From Fistulifera solaris (lineage: Eukaryota), in the NCBI GenBank assembly GCA_030295235.1, contig AP026124.1:186001-250000 (forward strand): 64,000 bases of DNA, in the 5' to 3' direction. The notes beneath the pieces were generated by a model. That model was not told the origin of the DNA, did not search any database, and saw only the letters and a list, made by a program, of their open reading frames with translations. A program made the position numbers and the translations under genes. Below, one piece after another: positions 1 through 11,584 of the stretch. How positions within the stretch are numbered: position 1 is the first letter of the stretch; each line of letters opens with the position of its first letter.

Positions 1-39
1 CAAGGCCAGCGATAACTGAAACGCTCGCCTAAGACCCAT
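1..39 (-). CDS. Possible 5' end of a gene running off the left edge (MGLRRAFQLSLAL...)
   Basis: ATG at 39 on the minus strand, open to position 1, signal-peptide-like start; only 13 codons visible. Confidence 0.3.
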   Translation of the reverse strand, partial: MGLRRAFQLSLAL

Positions 40-573
40 TGCCTTGGCTTGTTGCTTTGATAAAAATTGATAAAAAGAAATATAAACTATACAAATCAAA
101 TCCTAACAAGCCCTAACAAACAACCAAGACCAGAGTGATTGATTGAATTGTACAGTGGATTTGGCGTCGTTGAAGTCTCTTTTTCTCTTTGCTTGCACTT
201 TTGTTCGTCGGTCGGTGGACACAACCGTTCACTTTCGTACGAGAGAGAGCCTTCCACTCATCATCATCATCATCATCCGCCGCGTTTGACGTTGTTGTGG
301 GCCGACTTCAACTTTCGGGTCCTTTTTGTTTCAATTCAATCACGAGTTGTGAATAAAAAAAACTTTTATAGTATATAATCACGGAAACACTGACTACTGT
401 AACTGTACCTGGTAACTGGTAGCCCTAAACCCTAAAATAAAAGTTGGCTGAATGCGTCTTGCATTCTGTACGGCGACACCTCATTTTTGGCGCGCTTGTT
501 TCGCACCTCGCACCGTCCTTTTCACAGCACGTTCTTTGCCAAACAAAGCATACGAATAGACAAAAAAGAAACG

Positions 574-1338
574 ATGCATCCCGAAGCATTGACTAGCAAC
601 TTTGAAGTGTACGTCTCGAAAGACACGTTCAAATTCAACGCCGCTCATTTTGTCGCATTTCAAGGATATCGTGAGCGTCTGCACGGACACAATTATCAAG
701 TTGGTGTTCGACTGCTCGGTCGTAGAACATTGGGAGCCGACGGTTATGTCATTGATTTTGGAAATATTAAAGCTGTTTGTAAGACTGTTTGCAAGAAACT
801 CAACGAACACTTTCTTTGTCCCATGTACTCGGATGTATTGAAGATTGAGTCGGACGACAACACCAACACGAATATACGCATTACATGCCAGGATGGTTCC
901 AGCTTTTCTTTTCCACCACAAGACTGTGCTATGTTACCGATTGTACATGCCACTACGGAAGAAATCGCCATTTATTTGTGGTCCGAAATATTGAAAGGAC
1001 TCAACTCACAGTATTTGGTGCAACGAGGGATACACACCATGGAAGTTACGGTGGCGGAAGCACCGGGGCAACAAGCCACTTTTCGATGGGAAATTCCACA
1101 ACAAGTAATGGAAGAGAACTTCTCGTTGGATGTTCGAACATTTCTTCAAACAGGACAAGTCGTTCCGATGCCTTGTCTGGAGCAAGACAAGCAAAACAAG
1201 TCGACATGCTGTGATGGTTGCCAGAATCATTTTGCTACTCAACTCGAACGACTCGCCAAAGCGATCAATCAACGAACTACAACAGAAGCCATGACACCGG
1301 ATGAGTTACAAAACATGTTAAATCATAGTCTTTCATAA
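574..1338 (+). CDS. 6-pyruvoyl-tetrahydropterin synthase family protein, PTPS-III type
   Basis: FNAAHF, ERLHGHNY, GYVIDFGNIK and TTEEIA motifs of the T-fold PTPS/QueD family; ExxHGH signature; first ATG at 574. Confidence 0.85.
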   Translation: MHPEALTSNFEVYVSKDTFKFNAAHFVAFQGYRERLHGHNYQVGVRLLGRRTLGADGYVIDFGNIKAVCKTVCKKLNEHFLCPMYSDVLKIESDDNTNTNIRITCQDGSSFSFPPQDCAMLPIVHATTEEIAIYLWSEILKGLNSQYLVQRGIHTMEVTVAEAPGQQATFRWEIPQQVMEENFSLDVRTFLQTGQVVPMPCLEQDKQNKSTCCDGCQNHFATQLERLAKAINQRTTTEAMTPDELQNMLNHSLS

Positions 1339-1392
1339 GAAATAAACACACGAGCGAGTTTTCTGACATTCTCCCGAAAACGTAAATCTTTT

Positions 1393-2480
1393 TTACGCCT
1401 TCTTGGCTTTGGGTGCAGGTTCCGAGTGCTTTGACGCCAGAGAGTAAGCAAATGTACCCAAAATGGCAATCGCTGAACCGATGACGGTGTTGCGTTCCAT
1501 GGCTTCCGCAAAGACAAAAGCGGAAACTACAATAATGATGACTCGCTTGGCCGTGTTGAGCACCGATGATGTCACGGCACCGACACTCGCCGTGAACTGG
1601 AACGCTAATTCGTTGTACATGTAGAAGCAAAAGCCACTCATGACAATATTGTAAGCCAAAGCCTGCATGCCATGCTTGTCAATCGCGTGGTCGATTTCGC
1701 TCTTGAGTGTCGGCATTTCACTGACGACAACAAACGGGATGGTGCAAATGAAGGAGATGATGTTCATGACAGCGTAGACGTTGGTGGCATCCATGTTCTT
1801 GGTTTTATCGGATTTCAAGGCTTTGGTGACAGAGCTGCCCAACTTTCCCTTCAAGGCGGCCGCCGCGTTGGCCATGGAAGCATAAAGGAAGGCTTCTACA
1901 TTAATATCAATACCCTTTCCTTCCTTGATGCAGGCCAAACCGACACCTCCGACAATGGGAATGAGCATGGCGTAAGCCAAAATGGGCTTGACATCGGCCG
2001 GAGGGATGAGAATGCCGACGACGGCCGCAAACACCGGCTCGCACGCCTTGACGATTTGCGCGAAAGAAACGGCACCGACGGCTGATGCTAGAACGGATCC
2101 ACCGTGCGACAGAGAAGCGAACAAACCAATGGGAACACAAGCAGCAATATCGGCCGCCGAGAGACGGGGAGCTTTACGAATACCAGTGCCCCAGAGAATA
2201 ATGCTGTAAACAATCCCGACCGCTAATTGTGCGGCAGCCAAGAACCAGTGCGCATGAAGCATATTAGCTGCTTTCTTGTTGTAGATATTGTAAAATGTAT
2301 TGAGAGCGTACCATCCTACAACTAGGAGGACCTGATTTTGGCAGAAGAAGCGAACAAAATGAGCAAAAACTTTACTTATCTTTGTTGACGGGGGACTGCT
2401 TCTTTCTTTCTTCAGCGATACGGCGCGTCTCAGACACTTACCAATCGAAGGGTCGAAGGGGAATCTTTAGATGCGCTCAT
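1393..2480 (-). CDS. Triose-phosphate/phosphate translocator (TPT) family, 2 exons (2480-2442, 2331-1393)
   Basis: Spliced N-terminus MSASKDSPSTLRL|VLLVVGWYALNTFYNIYNKK; AVSFAQIVKACEPVF and LNTAKRV motifs; GTAAGT...CAG intron 2441-2332. Confidence 0.9.
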
Positions 2481-3058
2481 TGCTGGTAAAGAGGGTCAAG
2501 AGAAAGTCTATTATTATCTCTGAGAAAGGTTTGGTACAAGAGGAAGTCCAAGCACAAGATGCGATTGTACTTGTAATGCAGGACGAAACTTGTTTTTGAA
2601 GCCGTCCTCAGCTGACACCAAACTGCCGGTACTAAATCTCAGTGAGTAAAAGAGTAATCCACGTGGAGACCTACGTAGGAGAGCGTTCGCCAATTTTTAT
2701 TGGAGGACTTCCGTTCTTCTTCCCATAGTCGGATAACGGAGAGACAGTGACAAAATTGCGCGAAAGATCGCGCGCTGACACTGGACTCACTGACGCGCCT
2801 TTTCTGGTGGAGCGAAAAGGTTGACTAAGGGTATCCAATTGTCGCCTTGTAAATATGACTTCCAATGAACTCTAATGAAGACAAGGTCAAACACCGCAAA
2901 AGATCGGGGCGGTGGACTTCAACAACCTCCAACGCAATTATCTACGTAAAAGGCCCGTATCTTTCTTCCGACGGCAAACTCAAGGGTCCTTTCTCGCTTG
3001 CTGGATTCATTTCCTCGGAAAGCACTGTACGATTCGATTCATCCATTTCACTGCCACA

Positions 3059-3642
3059 ATGAAGTTCGCCGTCCTTGCCTCTCTTCTCGCCTCTGCCGCT
3101 GCCTTTGCTCCGGCCCAAAAGACTGCCTCCACCACTTCCTTGAAGGCCTTCGAAAACGAAGTCGGTGTCCAGCAACCACTCGGTTTTTGGGATCCTCTTG
3201 GCCTTGTTGCCGATGGAGATCAAGCCCGATTCGATCGCCTCCGCTTCGTTGAGATCAAGCACGGACGTATTTGCATGCTTGCCGTCGCTGGATACCTCAC
3301 CACTGAAGCCGGTATCCGTCTTCCTGGATTGATCTCCTACGATGGAACTTCCTTCGCCGACATTCCCAGCGGATTTGATGCCCTCTCGGCCGTCCCCGCC
3401 GCCGGTATCACACAGATCCTGGCTTTCATTGGATTCTTGGAGATCGCCGTCATGCGAGACCGCGTCGGAGGAGAATTCCCCGGTGACTTCCGCAACAACT
3501 TCATTGACTTTGGATGGAATACCTTTTCCGATCAGAAGAAGTTGGAAAAGCGTGCCATTGAGTTGAACAACGGCCGCGCCGCCCAAATGGGTATCCTCGC
3601 TTTGATGGTCCACGAAAAATGGGAGTTTCGATCCTTCCCTAA
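3059..3642 (+). CDS. Lhcf: Fucoxanthin-chlorophyll a/c binding protein (Lhcf/FCP)
   Basis: MKFAVLASLLASAAAFAP presequence; FWDPLG, EIKHGRICM and ELNNGRAAQMG motifs; restoring one A at ~3615 gives the typical end HEKMGVSILP*. Confidence 0.95.
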
Positions 3643-3935
3643 GCTAAGAATCGATCTCTTACAGTTTGTAGGAATTTAGACCTCTCTTTTTTCGACTCTA
3701 GATGATTTTTTTGCGCATGTAGTTTCATCACATCTATTCGTCGTAATGAAATTGCGATTAAATACAACACGCACCAATTTGGAACCTTTTAGGTCTACAT
3801 TTGGTTATGAGACGATACAACTATCCTGTAGGTGAGCCTTATGAATTGTGATGTGCTAGTAATTTCAAATCGAGTTCGTGAACCATGTCTAATTGCATCA
3901 AAATCCTTTGCTTCTTAGCTTCATCGTCATCTTGG

Positions 3936-5491
3936 TCAAAAGTCGTTGCTCCCACTACCATCACCGTCGTCGTCGTCGTCATCATCATCCGAATCATTGG
4001 AATCGTAGTCCGGAGCCATAGAATCCGCCAACATATCCATCTCCTCCTCATAATCACGGGCCCAAAGCAAATGCTCGTACTCTGCGGTGAAGACGAGGGC
4101 TTTGCCCTTGTTGAGTGCCACAAGCTGACCCGTAATGTCGGGGAATTCGAACAGATTCTGCCGTGAATAGATTATGTCCATGAAGGGTAGAATCCGTTCT
4201 GAATCGGACAAGTCACTATCACTTTCATCCTGGCCAACGGCATAAGCCTGAAACACTTGATGATTTTCAGCATCCACCACCGATCCCAATGAGTGGAACT
4301 GCCTGTTTGTTCTCGAGGCGCTATTTCTAGGAACAAGTGGTTTACGATCCAACAAAACTATCAAAAGTGCTCGAACTTTCTTGTCCTTGCAGCCACTCAA
4401 AAGCACCGATTGGGTCACAATCGACTTTTCCTCGTCGTCCCTTGTAGTATACTGACTCACTTCTAGTTTCTCCTCATCAAAAATTCAGCATCCTGTTTTG
4501 ACAGAACGCGTTTAAAGAAGGATTCAGCTTGATCTTCGTCGAGACTGTCCAAACGTTCTACGTTACCAATTCCTAAAGTCTCCACGTGAAACACATGTTG
4601 AACAAAGTATTCGAGTGACCCCACAATATCTTGTATTTCGCTCAAGTTAGGTATTAATCGCGTCTCGACTTCTGCGGACCATTGCTCTGCGATGCTGTCT
4701 TCTATAGACTTTTCGAGGGCGAAGAGGACGTCTCGTACATACGGAATCTCCATCCTCTCCAGTTTGTAATCAACCCGCATACCTTTCAACAGATCAGCGG
4801 CACAGGAAAATCGTCGAGTCTCAATCAAACCGCAAAGACTTGCGTGAAACGTATGCGCTGTGACGCATGGAGACCATGCCGCTGCTTCCAATATTAGTCT
4901 TGCTGGATTTTCGTCTATCAGCAATTCTCCCCACTCGGCAAACGACTGCATGAGTCTTTCGTGCAGCGGGAGATGCAACGGTAATCCCAGTTCATGAACC
5001 CGTCGCGCCATTGATAAAGATGCGTGTAAAACAGTTACGCGATAATCGGTAAGACGCTTGTCGAATGCGTGATCGAGAAGGCGAGAAATGAGTTGTAAAA
5101 ACACACGATGTAAGGTGGCGTATTGTGGAGAATTCCGTTGTTCTGAGAAGACTTCTACACGAATACTGGGCGATCTAGACACGGCAAGTAGCCTTTGGGC
5201 GGCTTTGATTGTTTCCTCTACATCATGATGCGCAGAATCTGACGTTTTTGCGGTCGAATCTTCGGCAAGTCGCAAGGAAAGAATGCTACGTTCCGCTTCT
5301 TGCGCAGCATGGGTGAGAGCGTTACTTCGAAGGTCAGCTTCTTTTGTAGGGATCGAACAAAAAGATTTTGACGTCAATACCTTGGATAAGCTAGAAGTGT
5401 ACTGAAAATTTTGTGGAAGTCGCTGTCCAGATTCACGGATGGAAATCCCCGAAGTGCCCATCATTCGAGGTAATACTCGTCGCGACAACAT
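3936..5491 (-). CDS. Hypothetical protein, mitochondrial-type N-terminus and acidic C-terminus
   Basis: ORFs 5491-4463 and 4460-3936 join if one T is restored in the run at ~4480; Arg/Ser-rich presequence. Confidence 0.6.
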
Positions 5492-6185
5492 GATACGCTT
5501 TCCTATTCTTTCTCTTATCTTTGCATGATCGTCCTGGAAACTTCGTACAAGTTTTCTTTGTAGAGATGTGTGTTTGAGAATCTAGTAAAAAATTCTGGGA
5601 ACGAAGGACAAGAGAAGTAAAGAAAGGTAAACAAAAATACTCCGTAAATGGCAGCAGCCATTTTGTGAATCGATAATCAATGCGTGCGCGCAGCGTTACG
5701 AAAACGAACCACAAATATCCGGGTGCTCTCTCCATCGATAAATTTCCCACGGGGCCTACGTGAAGTTGACGGAGGCATTTGATGCGGTGCAACGTTCTAT
5801 TTGCTTGTTCATTTGGCCTGAAAGCCGTCAGTTGTTGTTACCAAGATTTTTGCCCGATAAGGAGAAAATATGTTGGACAATTTTCATTCTATAATAAAAG
5901 TCAAATCCATTTGCTGGTCAGTACCAGGTACCGGTATTGTGATCTTCCTCGTTTTATCACGAATGGAAAGAGGTATTTGGGTCGAGAGTAGGACGTCATG
6001 CACCGTTTCATCGCGTGGATTTCTTTCGTGGAAAATGCGATCATTGCTCCTCGCAGATAATAAACTGTTTTTTTTTTTTGCGAAGCACGTCATAGTCATC
6101 AAAACGACTTCACTCGGAGACACTCTATCATCACTTAGTCGGTCAATGTGAGAAGCATTTAAAATAGGTTAAACTCATAATCATA

Positions 6186-6905
6186 ATGGCGTAAGTTTAT
6201 TGAATGATCTCTACTCAAGATTGCAAAAGATTATTTGACAACATCAATCATCACTCCTCACTCCCCACGGACACCTGTTGTCATCATTCACTTTCAGAGA
6301 AACGTCGAAAGATCAAACAGCAATAGAATCGTGGAAAAAGCAAGAAGAAGTTATCATGCATGGTGAACGAAGGGCGCAGTATGAGGCCGAAATTAATCCG
6401 ACGCGACGACCTTTTCACAAGTTGATGTCGATTGTGTCCGGCCTGGCGGCATTGTCGGCGCTCAACATGTGCATAGGACAAATCGTTGGTTATCGGTTTC
6501 AACAGGAAGGACCAGTGCAATACGTTATGCGATTTTACGTGATTATTCTTTGCGTTCTCGCTATTTTAGTCGAGTTCGAATGGACAAAGTTTGCACGGGA
6601 ATCTTTCATTTTAAGAGTATGGATCACTCGTGGGCTTTTTTTACATATTCATTGGAGTATTGGGATTTGAGCAAAACGATACTTCGCACGCGAAAAACTC
6701 AGAGTCGGTAAACTTTCAACTTTCAATGCATTATGTCACAGCAACAGCGTGGATCATGGTCGCCGCGGGGGTGCTGTATTCGCTTCTGGGAATGTGTTGC
6801 CTACAAGTGTATTTCAATCGGTTACGAATCGATTATGAGCAACGTCTTGATCGGGCCGCCCATATCCGAGAAGCTGGAGAACGGTATTTTGATAACCAAG
6901 TATAA
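6186..6905 (+). CDS. COPI-associated / TVP15-like Golgi membrane protein
   Basis: ATGGC|GTAAGT intron 6191-6297 gives MAETSKDQ; hydrophobic helices with WITRGLFYIFIG motif after correcting the T-run at ~6636-6642. Confidence 0.65.
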
Positions 6906-6986
6906 TGTCCTTTACAGAATTTGATTGATACCTAATTTGCAGCGAGGCTGTCTGAGTGTACTAAGTCTCACTTGTAGACTTGCCCA

Positions 6987-7657
6987 TTAAAAGTATTCGT
7001 CAGCTTCCATGAAACCAGTCTTGGTTGGTTTCATGCTTGGTAACCATGGAATTTGTACCAACATGACTTGACCGAGAATTTCTGTTCCTTCTGGCATTTC
7101 TTTCTTCGAACCAAACGCTGCAATTCTCACTTCATTGCTTCCTGGAGTCGATATGACCAAAAATCGTCTTTCTGCAAATTCTTTCAGACCTCTGTCTACT
7201 AAAACGACTAAATCGACGGCACCTTTAATCGCAGCCGGAAGCTCTACCCCCAAAGAAGGATGCTCCCCAATGATCACAATAGGATCTACGCAATCCGCGA
7301 CTAATTGGCTCCCATCAATAGCTACAGTACCTAGTTGGGGTCCCTCAGGGTCACTAAAGTCGTACGTCCACTGACCCTTTTCGGCGGCCGGCTCGGACGA
7401 CACAGCAAAAACTCTTCTCTCGTCAAGCCGGGGTAAGCGCCAGCTATTTGGATGATTCGAGGTGCCAAATAATCCATATCCATTTGCTTAAGCGGAAGAA
7501 AACAAGCACCTTGGCCGTGTAAATTGCCAGTTGTTGTAGAGCTTTGTAGAGATGTCGTTGTTAAAGGAGAAGTACATGTGATGCGCTTCGATTGCTGTCT
7601 GGGGATCCACGCCTGTGCGCTAAAGCAGCATAGGGCCAAAAATGTAGTTGCTTTCAT
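6987..7657 (-). CDS. Hypothetical, probably plastid-targeted protein
   Basis: Signal peptide plus AQAW cleavage-like motif and Ser/Thr-rich transit region; two ORFs join across the homopolymer at ~7408. Confidence 0.65.
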
Positions 7658-7932
7658 TGTTAATAAATAAACGAATTCTATGTAGGGACTACTTCGTGAT
7701 AGAAATAAAGGACTCCTCCTTCGTGAAGTCCAACTTTCTTGGGTGGTGTTGGACGTTGGAGGAGGTTTGTCTTGATCGTCGCGGTGATGTTTGTGTGGAG
7801 TGTGGTGTGGAGTGTATGCGTGAGTTTCGAGACGTGGTTCGGATCACGTATGGTGCATCAATACAATGGAACTTGGAATCTTTTCATTTAATAGTAATTT
7901 TCGATTGTAGTCGTGAAACGGACGACTGACTG

Positions 7933-8246
7933 TGACGTCTCCTCCAGCTCCAGCAGCAAAACATTACAGATGATGACGTGTGAGTTTCCTTCACCACTCA
8001 CAGTCGATGCAACTGTAAAAAGTGTTCGCATTTTGTCCCTCTTTTACTATAAATAGAATTGTAGCCTGTAGCCAGCCCAAGCGAGCCACCAAATTCTGAC
8101 GTCAAAAGAATGAAAATATTGCGTCAATTAACCTTTCCTCGTAGAATCAGTAGGAGGTTGAACGCAGGCAGATGTTCCGAGAAGCCCGATCCAAGTGCGA
8201 GGATGTGGCTACGTCACCTTGAGATCAGCAGGCCTCTTCAACGTCA
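7933..8246. promoter_or_regulatory. Cluster of five TGACGT/ACGTCA (CRE/aureo-box-like) motifs upstream of the bZIP gene
   Basis: TGACGT at 7933 and 7974, TGACGTCA at 8097, ACGTCA at 8211 and 8241. Confidence 0.5.
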
Positions 8247-8338
8247 GCGAGAGTTTCACTTTCTCCTCCGTGCTTTCTGTCGGCTCACAAATCACATCTC
8301 GTTGACTTCTCTTTCAACAAATAAGAACTTTGTGAAAG

Positions 8339-9298
8339 ATGAGTACTCAAGTTGATCAATCCATGGCCGCGGATGCCGCAGCTGGCGCCTTGACGGCTCT
8401 TTCAGCCAAGCGCAGCTTAGACTCCGATGACGACCCTGTCTCCAAGATGATGAAACTCGGTGCCCCTCAATCACCTGATGTCCCCCTCACCAGCAGTCTG
8501 CCTACGACGACTTCTCCGCCTGCCACGGAGGATAGCGCTGCTGTGACGAAGAGCGACAAATCCCGCAAGATTCGACTTGAACAGAACCGCAAGGCGGCTA
8601 AAGAATCGAGACGTCGAAAGAAGGTCATGATCGAGGAGCTTCAACGCAGTGTCATCTTCTTTTCTCGCGCAAATGGCACTCTCAAGCAGCAGAACGAGGA
8701 GCTCATGCGACTAATTCTTAGAGCGAAGAGTGAAGTTGCTGCACAAGAAAGCGGCACGAAGGTTGAAGTCAGCAGTCCGCCAAAGGCTACTGCAGAAAGC
8801 TATGGTCCTGCAATCAAGAGTGAAGAGTTGATGAGGGCGTTCGGTCAAGCTGAAGCAGACGCTGTTGCCGCTCAGGCTATTTTCAAGAGTCAAGGCTTCC
8901 CAACAGCAGCTGCCCGTGCTGCCGCTCACGCCGTTGTGCCTTCAGCAGCATCTCCTGCTGCTTCTGGGCAAGCTACTCAGCCGCCAACCATGCAACCTGG
9001 TGCGACGATGCAAGCCATGGCAAACTTCCAACAGGCGGCTACCATAGCGATGCAGAACGCAATGAAGGCGCTAGCCAAAACGATGCCGGGTGTGCCTGTG
9101 AGCCAATTCGCAGCGCCACAGCCGACAGACGGAACCAGCGCACAACAAGCTTTCACTGACACAATGACTGCCCTCGCCATGCAACAAGCAGCGGCGGCTG
9201 CTGGACAGCAGTTTATGATGCAGCAATCGGGTATGCCTTTTCTTTTCCCTATGTTTGGTTGGACTCAGCCGACTAACACGGAACAGAAGGATAAGTGA
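8339..9298 (+). CDS. bZIP transcription factor (no LOV domain)
   Basis: RLEQNRKAAKESRRRKK basic region followed by a leucine heptad; Ala/Gln/Met-rich C-terminus. Confidence 0.9.
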   Translation: MSTQVDQSMAADAAAGALTALSAKRSLDSDDDPVSKMMKLGAPQSPDVPLTSSLPTTTSPPATEDSAAVTKSDKSRKIRLEQNRKAAKESRRRKKVMIEELQRSVIFFSRANGTLKQQNEELMRLILRAKSEVAAQESGTKVEVSSPPKATAESYGPAIKSEELMRAFGQAEADAVAAQAIFKSQGFPTAAARAAAHAVVPSAASPAASGQATQPPTMQPGATMQAMANFQQAATIAMQNAMKALAKTMPGVPVSQFAAPQPTDGTSAQQAFTDTMTALAMQQAAAAAGQQFMMQQSGMPFLFPMFGWTQPTNTEQKDK

Positions 9299-10025
9299 GA
9301 TTCTTAGTGTATAAACACCTTCAACTAAATGTAAAATATGGTTTATCTACTTCCATCAGTTCAAAGAAGCTCACCAAGGCGTATCTTGGTTTGCGGCGCT
9401 GTGCGCTGTGGTCAGTTGTAATTTATTTAGTCACAAGCTACTGTAATCTCATAACTGATGGAATAATCGGACAGGCAGCGTTATGTATGAACAATATTGG
9501 ATCGACGATGAATAAGCGTTGCCAATTGTCGACGGTTTCAATGGAGGATTCGTTTGTTGTTCTTTCGTCCTGGCTTTTTTCCTTTCCACCAAAGACGTTC
9601 ACCGAGCCCTTAGCTCTTAGCTCCCAACTTGAATAGGCATTCTCAATTTACTGAGACTTATGTAAGTTTCCGTTGGACAATGAACTTTCGTCCAAATGTA
9701 CTCACTGTATGACGAATGGATAAGCATGAAGGAGAAAAGCACTATCTTGGAAAGTATGCTAATTATTTAAGCCTCGTTCCCACACTGTAGCTCTGTGTAC
9801 TTTGTCACAAAGAAGTACAAAGTATGGCAAATTCACCCCCTGCGCTAATAAGTTCATGGAATGGTGTTCATGTGCATGCTTTTCGCCTGCCTTTGTAGCC
9901 TTCTTGGCCTTTTTGCTTTTTGCCTGCTTTTAGTGATTTGGATCTCTGAATGAAAAACGTGAAAAAGACATTGCAAGTTTCTTTCGTATCATTCATCCTC
10001 AAAATCTCATTTAACTCTCCTCGAA

Positions 10026-11367
10026 ATGGCTAAGATGATGATTCGAATGATCGCTCGGCTAGCGCTGCTGGCTCTAGCAGTGCTTGTCAAAACACAGGCT
10101 TTTGACAGTGACACGCTCAAAGATATAACACGCGAAGTGCTGGAAAATGCCGTCGTGACACTCGGCTTCACGGGAGACGCCACTTTCACTCCATCGGCTA
10201 TTCGAGAGATTGCCCGTGCGAATGGAAGATTAGATAGAACGCGTGAAGGGCTACGCCATAAGCATGCTTTTTGGAGCTTTTACAACGAAGAGTTTCAGCG
10301 AGCTAGTCGCAGACTCATGGATCTGAAAGAATTCGTGGTTGCGACGCTGACGATAGATAACACTCCGGATGTGGAAGGCGCTCGTCAGAAATTTGGTGAA
10401 GCGCTTCATACTCTACAAGACTTTTATGCCCACACGAACTGGATCGAACTAGGTAATGTGGCGATCAACACCGATCTCGGCAACACAGAGATTCCGGACC
10501 CTCCTTCCAGTTTGGTCACGTGCGATGCCAGTGGGGCCTACATTGATACCATAACCGAACTCACATCGGGGTATGAAATTTGTCGAGGTATTCGCAGTAA
10601 TGTCCCAACTGGAAAGTGTTGTAGGAAGGCAATCGATAAAGAAGGGCAAACGGCCACAGATCTAGCGATTGCGGCAACGACGGACTACTTGGATCAAGTG
10701 ATAACTGAACTCCGAACCAGAGATCCAAGTGAATTAGCGATTCGTTCGTTTCTGGGAAGAGATGAGTCCGTAGCTTTTCTCATCGATACGACAGAGAGTA
10801 TGCGAGAAGAGCTGATTACGATCAAGGAAGTCATTGACGAGTTCATCGATCGTTTCGACGGCAACCAACGAGGACGCTATATTTTGCTAGCATTCGCAGA
10901 CTCTCCAAATGATGATATCGACGAAACTATTGTGCAGGAATTAGTCACACCGAATCCGGCTGAGATTGTCACTGCTGTCCAAGCACTTACTGCTGACGCA
11001 AGTGGAGCCGATGATTGCAGAGAGGCTGGATTTGCAGTGCTAGAAAAAGCACTAGATTTGTCTCCGCGTAACTCGAACATCTATTTTTGGTCAGATGCGT
11101 CTCAAAAGGGAACGAGTTTGGCCCCTTCAACGTTCGAATCTTTCGTTTTTGAGACTCAGAGTACGAGCCATTAGGAGCAGAGTTCGCATCAACTTTGTGA
11201 TGACTGGACGCTGTTTGCCTTTTGGATCAACTTACAGAACATTCAAGAGCCTTGCGCGTGTCACTGGGGGAAGCGTCTATCATTTTGAAAATCCAGCAGA
11301 TATGACTTCCTTGTTGCTTGGCACCGACGAAATCATCGCATTCAACACCGAAATGGATGTCGAATAA
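10026..11367 (+). CDS. Secreted VWA7-like protein (Het-C-like N-domain plus vWA domain)
   Basis: Signal peptide; GEALHTLQDFYAHTNWIELG motif; vWA elements FLIDTTES, DCRE, IYFWSDAS and LARVTGG; frameshift near the T-run at ~11146. Confidence 0.75.
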
Positions 11368-11584
11368 GATTGTCGCAGGTGCTTATCAATAACTTGGTTG
11401 TTAAATCCTCTCTTTCTATCGACAAACTGTTAAAGATTTATTATCTAATGCAATGAGTGGTGTGTTTAATCCATCAATCAAAAGTCGAAAAACAATTTTA
11501 GAAAGAAAAGAAGATCTGCCGCGAGTGTCGCAATAGGTAGAGGCAATGACTATTATTTTATTAGTATGATACATGACAAACGTG

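Noticed and set aside
423..436. Telomere or interstitial telomeric repeat (CCCTAAA)2
   Set aside because: Only two units; at most a telo-box-like motif
2942..3613. 223-aa ORF antisense to Lhcf, and similar shadows over TPT and the nucleoporin
   Set aside because: Expected by-product of codon bias on the coding strand
8339..9298. Aureochrome
   Set aside because: No LOV domain (no NCRFLQ motif) after the bZIP
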